Source: an uncultured Gemmatimonadales bacterium (lineage in GTDB: Bacteria; Gemmatimonadota; Gemmatimonadetes; Gemmatimonadales; GWC2-71-9). Taken from it: DNA of 64,000 nucleotides. Positions 21,496-31,528 of the stretch are shown here, in pieces. Where the stretch lies: assembly GCA_963795085.1 (NCBI GenBank), contig CAWCFX010000002.1:320001-384000 (forward strand). Reading direction: 5' to 3'. Made by a program: the position numbers and the translations under genes. The notes under the pieces were generated by a model. The model ran no database searches. It was not told the origin of the DNA and worked only from the letters and a program-made list of their open reading frames with translations. Each line of letters begins with the position of its first letter. Within the stretch, counting starts at the first letter, position 1.

Positions 21496-23369
21496 TCATC
21501 GGCACCGCCGGACACATCGATCACGGCAAGTCTGCCCTCGTCGAGGCGCTGACCGGGGCCCGGATGGACCGGCTCCGGGAGGAGCGGGAACGCGGGATCA
21601 CCATCGAGCTCAACTTCGCCCCCTTCGACCTGGGCGGCGGCCGGGTGGCCGGATTCGTTGACGTCCCCGGCCATGAAGACTTCGTGCGCACCATGGTGGC
21701 CGGCGCCTCCGGCATCGACCTCGTCCTCCTGGTCATCGCGGCCGACGAGGGCATCAAGCCGCAGACCCGCGAGCACCTGGCCATCGCCGAACAGTTGGGC
21801 ATCGCCTGCGGCATTCCGGTCCTGACCAAGGGGGACCTGGTGGACGCCGAATGGGCCGCGATGATGACGGAGGAGGTCACGGATTGGCTGCGCGCGTCGC
21901 CGCTCGATTTTGAGCCGGTTCACCTGGTCTCGGCCTCCGTGGGCACCGGCATCGCCGGGCTGGCGGACACCCTCCGGCGGGTAGCCGCCGTTATTCCAGA
22001 CCGGGATCCCTCCGACCTCTTCCGGCTTCCGGTGGACCGGGCGTTCTCCGTCGCGGGAATCGGGACGGTGGTGACCGGCACATCGTGGAGCGGGCAGGTC
22101 CGGCCAGGGGACCACGTCCTAATCATGCCGGCCCGGAAGCCGGCACGGGTTCGGTCCATCCAGATGCATGGCGGAGAGGCGGCGGCGGCGGTACCCGGGA
22201 TGCGGGTCGCGCTGGGGCTCTCGGGCGTAGCACGGGAAGAGATCCGGCGGGGTGATACCGTCGTCGCCTCGGGCTCTCCCTGGGAAGCCTCCCCTGCCTT
22301 CGATGTGCATCTCTCGATGCTGCCTTCGGCGCCCCGCCCCCTGGCTCCAAGGAGCCGCATACGGCTCCACCTGGGGACCGCCGAGATTCTCGCGCGCGCC
22401 TTTCCAGTGGGAGGGAAAATCGAGCCGGGCAAGTCGGGAATGGCCCGGCTGACCCTGGAGGCCCCCGGCATCGCCCGAAGCGGCGACCGGTTTGTGATCC
22501 GGAGCTACAGCCCGGTCATGACCATCGGGGGCGGCCGGGTGGTCGATCCGCTGCCGGCCCGGAAAACCACCGAATGGTCGGCGGGGCTGGCCGATCCCCG
22601 GCCGGATCCGAGGCTGGATGCGCTTCTGGAGCGGCGCACGCACGGCATCGCGGCCGCCCAGTTGCCGATCCTGCTCGGCCTCGCTCCCGGCCAGATCGAG
22701 GAACTCCTGAATCGGAAGGCCGGCGAATTGGCACCGGCCGGGGACCGCTGGATCCGCCGGGAGATGGTCGATGGCCTTGAGACAACGGCGGTGGCCGCCG
22801 TGACGGCCTTTCACCGGTCCCACCCCGAACAACCCGGGTTGCCGCTGGCGCTTCTCCGCCAGGAACTCCGCTCGCCGCCGTGGCTGGTGGAGGCGGCCCT
22901 GGCGCAGTTGGAGGGAAAGGGTTCCCTGCGAATCCACGAGGGAGTGGTTCAGCTTCCGGGGTTCACGTCCTCGGTTTCGGGCGGCAACGGAGCGGTGGAA
23001 AGGGTGGTAGCCCAGATCCGGAAATCCGGACTTACCCCCCCCACCGTCGGTGAACTACGGGGATCGCTCGGCGTGGATAACCTGGAAGCCGCGCTTAAGG
23101 TTGCCGTCCGAGAAGGCCGACTGGAGGGGGTCGAACGGGATCGCTTCTATTCCCGGGACGCCCTGAGCCAGTTCCTGGCGGTCATCGTCGAGCTCGGTGC
23201 CAAGGGGCCGATCACCCCGGGCCTCCTTCGCGACCGCCTGGGCATCAGCCGGAAGTATCTGATCCCCCTTCTCGAATGGGCCGACGCCCGGGGGCTGACG
23301 GTGCGCGAGGGCGAGGGGCGGCGGCTGCGGCCCGGATATCGGCTTCCCTGGAGTATTCCAGCCCCTTAA
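21492..23369 (+). CDS. selB: Selenocysteine-specific elongation factor SelB
   Basis: IIGTAGHIDHGKS, RGITIEL, DVPGHE, FRLPVDRAF and C-terminal winged-helix SRKYLIPLLEWAD; GTG overlaps the true recO stop. Confidence 0.93.
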   Translation: MIIGTAGHIDHGKSALVEALTGARMDRLREERERGITIELNFAPFDLGGGRVAGFVDVPGHEDFVRTMVAGASGIDLVLLVIAADEGIKPQTREHLAIAEQLGIACGIPVLTKGDLVDAEWAAMMTEEVTDWLRASPLDFEPVHLVSASVGTGIAGLADTLRRVAAVIPDRDPSDLFRLPVDRAFSVAGIGTVVTGTSWSGQVRPGDHVLIMPARKPARVRSIQMHGGEAAAAVPGMRVALGLSGVAREEIRRGDTVVASGSPWEASPAFDVHLSMLPSAPRPLAPRSRIRLHLGTAEILARAFPVGGKIEPGKSGMARLTLEAPGIARSGDRFVIRSYSPVMTIGGGRVVDPLPARKTTEWSAGLADPRPDPRLDALLERRTHGIAAAQLPILLGLAPGQIEELLNRKAGELAPAGDRWIRREMVDGLETTAVAAVTAFHRSHPEQPGLPLALLRQELRSPPWLVEAALAQLEGKGSLRIHEGVVQLPGFTSSVSGGNGAVERVVAQIRKSGLTPPTVGELRGSLGVDNLEAALKVAVREGRLEGVERDRFYSRDALSQFLAVIVELGAKGPITPGLLRDRLGISRKYLIPLLEWADARGLTVREGEGRRLRPGYRLPWSIPAP

Positions 23370-23443
23370 CTTCAAGATTCGCAAGGTATTCCCCTACGGA
23401 GGTTCCGCCATAGGACCTTGATCTCGTCAGATAAGGAGTCCGC

Positions 23444-23875
23444 ATGTTCCGGTTTGTCAGGCCGGGAATGTGGGTCGGGCTCCTCCTCGGGGTGACCGTG
23501 CCGGCGGCGGGGCAGGAGAATGGCCCGCCACCGATCGAACTCAAGGAGAACACGCCTAATCCATTCTTCCCGTCGACGGCGATGCCGTTCGACATCCACC
23601 AGGAGGTCTGCGCCGCGGGGCATCGACCGGTCGTTACCATGCACATCTACAACGTGCTGGTCCAGGTTGTCGCTATTCCTGTCCTGCAGAGTTCGCCCAG
23701 CGAGCGGCTGGAGAACGTTCGCTTGCGATGCGGTAGCCATATCGCATATTGGGACGGCAGGAACCGGGACGGCCGGGAGGTTGCCGATGGCGTCTATTAC
23801 TACCAGCTTCTCGTGGATGGGGAGCGGATCAGTACCAGGAAGATGATTGTGCGAAGGGAACCACGTGCCGAGTAA
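23444..23875 (+). CDS. Small secreted protein consisting of a T9SS-CTD/FlgD-Ig-like domain
   Basis: Signal peptide; ENTPNPF, IYNVL, WDGRNRDG.EVADGVYYYQL and TRKMIV motifs. Confidence 0.75.
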   Translation: MFRFVRPGMWVGLLLGVTVPAAGQENGPPPIELKENTPNPFFPSTAMPFDIHQEVCAAGHRPVVTMHIYNVLVQVVAIPVLQSSPSERLENVRLRCGSHIAYWDGRNRDGREVADGVYYYQLLVDGERISTRKMIVRREPRAE

Positions 23876-23902
23876 CTTCGGTTTGGGTCGCCGCGAAGCG
23901 CC

Positions 23903-23942
23903 GGGGAGGGGGCGAGAACTGATCTCGCCCCCTTCTCATTTC
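23903..23942 (+). terminator. Putative intrinsic terminator
   Basis: 15-bp stem GGGGAGGGGGCGAGA/TCTCGCCCCCTTCTC (two G-U pairs) followed by a pyrimidine-rich tail. Confidence 0.55.
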
Positions 23943-24083
23943 CCTTCTGCCCTCTGCCATTTAGGCGGGATTTCCGGGTATCAGGATTGCCTGTGATGGT
24001 GAAGCAGAGCATGTGAAGTGACCTGATGTAAGGCTTATAAGCCATTTGACAGCAGATATTTAAACAAAGTGGGCGTAATACAC

Positions 24084-26700
<2,617 letters not shown>

Positions 26701-26708
<8 letters not shown>

Positions 26709-27189
26709 GGGGAGTCCGTCCCCCGCGGACGTGGCCGGCATGGAAGCCGCGCTTCGGCTGGCGCGGGCGGGGGCGGTGCGGGAGGAAATCCCGGTCGGCG
26801 CCGCCGTGACGCTCGACGGCGGCGTCGTCGCGGAGGCGCATAACGAGACCATCATGCGCCAGGACCCTACCGCGCACGCGGAACTGCTGGCCATCCAGCG
26901 GGCTCTCCTGGCCACCGGGCTGGGCCGCCTCACCAACGCGACGCTCTACGTGACCCTGGAGCCGTGCGCCCAGTGTGCCGGCGCCATCGTGCTCGCCAAG
27001 GTTGGCCGGGTGGTGTTCGGCGCCCACGACGCCCGCGTCGGCATGGCCGGCTCGGTCCACGACCTGTTGCGGGATCCCCGGCAGAACTGGCGGCCGGAAG
27101 TCATCGGTGGCATGCTCGGCGAGGAATGCGCCGAAATGCTGAAGCATTTTTTCCAGGCCCGGCGCTGGGGCGGTGAGGACTGCCCCTGA
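26701..27189 (+). CDS. tadA: tRNA adenosine(34) deaminase (start uncertain: 26701, 26731 or 26740)
   Basis: EIPVGA, DPTAHAE and [11 protein letters not shown] motifs. Confidence 0.88.
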
Positions 27190-27216
27190 CGAGGGTCTCG
27201 TGACATAGGAGGACGT

Positions 27217-27630
27217 ATGACAATGTCGAAATGGTCCCTCGCCCTGGCACTGGCGCTGCCCCTCGCGGGTTGCTCGGCGGGTGGTGGTTCTCCCGCCGGC
27301 GCCAGCCCCGCCCCGGCAGCCGGCGAGGTGGTGACCCATACTTTTTCCGCCAGTCGCGGCGAGATCTTCCGGGTCTTCCTGGCCAGCGGTGTTACCTACG
27401 AGGCGGAAGTGGACGGCGGCGGCCTGCAGCTGCAGGTCCGGCCGGCCGACCAGGCGATTCAGCAGCCCCGGGTCGAGGAAAAGATGCCCGGGTCGAGCGC
27501 CGGAGGGTCTTCAATTTTCACTATCCAGCCCCGGGCGGACGGTGAGTATGAGTTCCGGACGCTGGGCGGCGACCCCGGTCGTCCGCTGACGCTCCGGCTC
27601 CGGATGCAGGCGCCCCGGGGGGAGGGGTAG
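27217..27630 (+). CDS. Hypothetical lipoprotein (PPC/beta-sandwich-like)
   Basis: AGGAGG RBS, lipobox LAGC, Pro/Ala linker and a beta-rich domain. Confidence 0.7.
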   Translation: MTMSKWSLALALALPLAGCSAGGGSPAGASPAPAAGEVVTHTFSASRGEIFRVFLASGVTYEAEVDGGGLQLQVRPADQAIQQPRVEEKMPGSSAGGSSIFTIQPRADGEYEFRTLGGDPGRPLTLRLRMQAPRGEG

Positions 27631-27767
27631 CTGACGCCCGCAACTTTCCCGCGGTAGCTTCCGTCCAAGAGGTGGGCCCGGCCAGGATGGCCGGGTTTCG
27701 CCCCTGGACCGGAAACCCCGGTAGCGCCGTCCCGTAGGACCTCTCACCACCTTCGGAGTTCAATCTC

Positions 27768-30140
27768 ATGCGTTTCATTGCGACAGCCGCCGCCTTGTTT
27801 GCCACGCTGGTCCCTGCCACGGTCGTCGAGGCCCAGGGGTTCGGATCGGCTGTGGCCGCCGGGCCCCGTGCGGTGCTGGTCGCGGAGCCGGTCAACCAGT
27901 ACGCTCCTGGCCAGGTCCATCTCTACCGGATGGACGGAAACCGGTGGCGCAAAGTGGCCGCGCTCTCCGCTCCCGACGGACATCCCATGGACCGTTTCGG
28001 GCGGAGCCTGTCCCTCGAAGGCAACCGCCTGCTGATCGGCGCGACCTCCATCGACGACAGCGGCCGCGGCGCCGGGTTCCTGTTCGAGCAGGACCGGGCC
28101 GGCGACTGGCAGCTGGTTACCAGTTTCACTCCGTCGGCGGCGGCCAGCAACGAGTCGTACGGACGCCTGGTTCGCCTGAATGGCGACGAGGCCTACGTGG
28201 TCGCCTACGGCGCCAGCCAGGGCCGGGGCAGCATCGCAACCTGGCGGCGAGGGTCCACTGGCCAGTGGACCGAGGGTCCCTCCATTGTTGCCTCGGATGC
28301 CAAGCCGGGGGCCTGGTTCGGGAGCAGCATGAGCATCGACGGCAACCGGATGGCGGTAGGCAGCGCCCAGCGGGACACCGCCCGGGGCGGGGTGTACATC
28401 TTCACCCGCGAGCGGGCCACCGCCCCCTGGGTTGAGCAGGCCACCTTCCGGCCTACCGGCCTTCCCGCGGGCGCGAGTTTTGGCGGGGGGGTACTGCTGT
28501 CCGGGGACGAATTGCTGGCGACCGCGCCGGGAGTGGATACCGGGCGGGGCGCCGTCTTCGTGTATCATCGCGATGCCGCGGGCCAGTGGGTGCAGAAAGC
28601 CCACTTTGAGCCGGCCGGCCTTCCGCGGGGGGCCCAGTTCGGTGCCCAGATCCTCATGGTTGGAACCGAGCTCTGGGTCGCAGCGCCCGGCGCCAATGAA
28701 ACCCGGGGGGCCATCTACCAGTATCGCCGGGGCGCCAATGGGGAATGGGTCGCGGCAGGGACCATCGAACCCGCCGGGAGCGAAGCGGGAGACTTCTTCG
28801 GGAGCACCATCGCCCTGGCCGGGGACCATGGAGTGGTCGGGCTGCCGAACGACGACTTCGGGGCCGGCACGGCGGCCTTTCTCACGCGGCAGGGCCGGGA
28901 ATGGGCGGTGGGAGAGAAAGTCTGGACCGAGCTCAAGACCATGACCGCCGTGACCGGGTCCAAGCAGGCCTGCGCCCAGGGCCGCATCGGCGTATTCGAG
29001 TGCCAGGATGTCAGCCTGCTTTCCTACCTGCCGGTGAAGGACATCGGCGGTGGCCGGGGCGTACGCCTCAACGACGTCTGGGGCTGGACCGATCCGACTA
29101 CCAACCGCGAGTACGCCCTGGTCGGGCGGATCGATGGCACCTCCTTCGTGGACGTGACCGATCCGCTCAATCCCCGCTACCTGGGGAACCTGCCCAAGAC
29201 GGATTCCTCACCGGCCAGCTCGTGGCGCGATATCAAAGTGTACCGTAACCATGCCTACATCGTGGCCGATGGCGCCCAGGCGCACGGCATGCAGGTTTTC
29301 GACCTGACCCGGCTCCGCAACCCGGCCGGCACGCCGGCCACGTTCCGCCCCGATACGACCTACCATCGCATCTTCAGCGCCCACAACATTGTTATTGATA
29401 CCGTGAGCGGGTTTGCCTTCGCGGTAGGAAGCAGCTCGGGCGGCGAGACCTGCGGCGGGGCGCTGCACATGATAGACATCCGGGAACCCAGGGTGCCCAA
29501 GTTCGCCGGCTGTTTCGGCGATCCCCAGACCGGCATCCAGCATACCGGGTACACGCATGATGCCCAGTGCCTGGTGTACCAGGGCCCCGACAGCGCTTAC
29601 CGGGGCCGCCAGATCTGCGTCAACTCCTCCGAGACCCATATCGGCGTCGCCGACGTGACCGACAAGACGAGCCCCAAGGCCATCTCCCGCGCCTCCTATC
29701 CCAACGTGGGCTACACCCACCAGGGCTGGTTCTCGGAGGACCAGCGCTATTTCTACGTGAACGACGAAGGCGACGAGGTGTCGGGAACGGTGCAGGGGAC
29801 CCGCACCCTCATCTGGGACATGACCGATCTGGACGACCCGGTGATCGCGGCCCAGTACATCTCCGATAACAAGTCCAGCGATCACAATCTCTACATCAAG
29901 GGCAACCTGATGTACCAGTCCAATTACAGCAGCGGGCTCCGGGTGCTGGACATCAGCGATCCGGTGAAGCCCCGGCTGGTCGCCCACCTGGACACCACCC
30001 CGACCGGGGAAGAAGACGGCCCCGGGTTTGACGGGTCGTGGAGTAACTATCCCTACTTCCAGAGCGGGACAATCCTGGTGACCAGCATCCAGGAGGGGCT
30101 GTTCATGGTCCAGGGACCGGTGCGGCCGGCGATTCCCTGA
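27768..30140 (+). CDS. Secreted FG-GAP repeat + choice-of-anchor B (LVIVD-like) protein
   Basis: Signal peptide; repeated FG.S...GA...G.V..Y blades; NDVWGWTD, WRDIKVY, YTHDAQC, YTHQGW, DHNLY and GSWSNYPYF motifs. Confidence 0.82.
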   Translation: MRFIATAAALFATLVPATVVEAQGFGSAVAAGPRAVLVAEPVNQYAPGQVHLYRMDGNRWRKVAALSAPDGHPMDRFGRSLSLEGNRLLIGATSIDDSGRGAGFLFEQDRAGDWQLVTSFTPSAAASNESYGRLVRLNGDEAYVVAYGASQGRGSIATWRRGSTGQWTEGPSIVASDAKPGAWFGSSMSIDGNRMAVGSAQRDTARGGVYIFTRERATAPWVEQATFRPTGLPAGASFGGGVLLSGDELLATAPGVDTGRGAVFVYHRDAAGQWVQKAHFEPAGLPRGAQFGAQILMVGTELWVAAPGANETRGAIYQYRRGANGEWVAAGTIEPAGSEAGDFFGSTIALAGDHGVVGLPNDDFGAGTAAFLTRQGREWAVGEKVWTELKTMTAVTGSKQACAQGRIGVFECQDVSLLSYLPVKDIGGGRGVRLNDVWGWTDPTTNREYALVGRIDGTSFVDVTDPLNPRYLGNLPKTDSSPASSWRDIKVYRNHAYIVADGAQAHGMQVFDLTRLRNPAGTPATFRPDTTYHRIFSAHNIVIDTVSGFAFAVGSSSGGETCGGALHMIDIREPRVPKFAGCFGDPQTGIQHTGYTHDAQCLVYQGPDSAYRGRQICVNSSETHIGVADVTDKTSPKAISRASYPNVGYTHQGWFSEDQRYFYVNDEGDEVSGTVQGTRTLIWDMTDLDDPVIAAQYISDNKSSDHNLYIKGNLMYQSNYSSGLRVLDISDPVKPRLVAHLDTTPTGEEDGPGFDGSWSNYPYFQSGTILVTSIQEGLFMVQGPVRPAIP

Positions 30141-30330
30141 CCGGCATCACCGGGCAGGTGCGGCCGGCGAGGTAACATCTGACAGAGCACGACAGGGCAC
30201 GAATGGAGCCGCGGGCGGCCTTCGTTCGTGCCTTTGTCATGGGCACAGGTACACCACCCCGCAGTCCCCGGCTAATCTTCAAGGACCCTGCACGACGAGG
30301 CCGCCCCCGCGTTCCCAAAGGACATCACGC

Positions 30331-31284
30331 ATGTCGCTTCTCACCGGCATCCACCACATCACCTGCATCGCCGGAGATCCCCAGGCGAACCTCGACTTCT
30401 ACACCGGCGTTCTGGGCATGCGGCTGGTGAAGAAGTCGGTCAACCAGGACGTGGTCAACACCTACCACCTCTTCTATGCCGACGGCGAGGCCAATCCCGG
30501 TACCGACCTCACGTTCTTTCCATGGCCGGATGCGCCTCCGGTGGTGCGGGGCAGCGGGCTGGCCGCCGAGATTTCGCTCGCCGTGCCGGCCGGGAGCCTG
30601 GAGTGGTGGAGTGAACGGTTGGCCCGCCACGGCATAGTGGCCGGCGCCGCCGAGGTGCGGCGCGGCGACCGGGCGCTGCCCTTCGCCGATCCGCATGGAC
30701 AGTCGCTTGCGCTGGTGGAGACCTCCGACCCCCGCCAGTTCACGCCGTGGGACAGGAGTCCGGTGCCGGCCGAGCGCCAGATGCGGGGACTGGATGCCGT
30801 ACGGCTGCTGGAGCGGGATATGCATCGAACCGCGGCGTTTCTCACTGACGTCCTCGGCTTCACCCCCCTGGGCGAGGAGCAGGGGTGGCACCGCTTCGGC
30901 CTGGGGGCGGGGGGATCCGGCGCGCGGCTCGAGATCCGGGCGGCGCCTGACGCCCGCCGCGGGCAGTGGGGGGTCGGGGCCATGCACCACGTGGCCTGGC
31001 GGGTGCCGGACGATGCGGCCGAGCTGGCTGTGCGGCAGGCGGTCGCCCGGGCGGGCTGGCGGCCCACCGAGGTGATAGACCGGTTCTGGTTCCGCTCGGT
31101 GTACTTCCGGGAACCCGGCGGGGTGCTGTTTGAGGTGGCGACGGACGGGCCCGGGTTTACCGTGGACGAAGAGCTGAGCACGTTAGGCGAGCGGCTGGTG
31201 CTCCCGCCGTGGCTGGAATCGGAGCGTAAAGCGATCGAGCAGGCGCTCCCGCCACTCGTTGCCCAAGTGCGTGTGGTGGATTAG
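30331..31284 (+). CDS. Ring-cleaving dioxygenase (VOC fold, MhqO/PcpA-like)
   Basis: GIHHIT, VKKSVNQD..YHLFY, HHVAWR and DRFWFRSVYFREPGGVLFEVAT motifs. Confidence 0.9.
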   Translation: MSLLTGIHHITCIAGDPQANLDFYTGVLGMRLVKKSVNQDVVNTYHLFYADGEANPGTDLTFFPWPDAPPVVRGSGLAAEISLAVPAGSLEWWSERLARHGIVAGAAEVRRGDRALPFADPHGQSLALVETSDPRQFTPWDRSPVPAERQMRGLDAVRLLERDMHRTAAFLTDVLGFTPLGEEQGWHRFGLGAGGSGARLEIRAAPDARRGQWGVGAMHHVAWRVPDDAAELAVRQAVARAGWRPTEVIDRFWFRSVYFREPGGVLFEVATDGPGFTVDEELSTLGERLVLPPWLESERKAIEQALPPLVAQVRVVD

Positions 31285-31294
31285 TTTACGGCTC

Positions 31295-31396
31295 GCACGC
31301 TGCACGCTGCACGCTGCACGCTGCACGCTGCACGCTGCACGCTGCACGCTGCACGCTGCACGCTGCACGCTGCACGCTGCACGCTGCACGCTGCAC
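31295..31396. repeat. Perfect heptamer tandem repeat (GCACGCT) x14 plus GCAC
   Basis: 102 bp with no mismatches, read directly from the sequence. Confidence 0.98.
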
Positions 31397-31404
31397 TTTC
31401 TTTT

Positions 31405-31491
31405 GGACAGGTGTCCGAGTGGCTGAAGGAACCGGTCTCGAAAACCGGCATACCCGCAAGGGTATCGAGGGTTCGAATCCCTCCCTGTCCG
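31405..31491 (+). tRNA. tRNA-Ser (anticodon CGA), CCA not encoded
   Basis: Acceptor stem GGACAGG/CCTGTCC with G discriminator; anticodon arm CCGGT-CTCGAAA-ACCGG; long variable arm ATACCC-GCAA-GGGTAT; T arm GAGGG-TTCGAAT-CCCTC. Confidence 0.97.
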
Positions 31492-31528
31492 TTTCGTGGT
31501 GCTTCCCTCACCGGTTGCTGCCTCCCCG

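Noticed and set aside
20736..23369. A genuine evolved RecO-SelB fusion protein
   Set aside because: The native RecO C-terminus and stop are intact in the neighbouring frame and a single-base indel explains the join; kept only as a frameshift finding
27631..27767. SRP RNA or tRNA-Sec near tadA/selB
   Set aside because: No SRP domain IV CAGG-GGAA-AGCA motif, no TCA anticodon arm and no T-loop
31295..31396. CRISPR array
   Set aside because: Contiguous 7-bp units with no spacers and no cas genes
31183..31511. ORFs encoding (QRAACSV)n peptides
   Set aside because: They are translations of the 7-mer DNA repeat, one overlapping the tRNA antisense; no RBS or coding evidence
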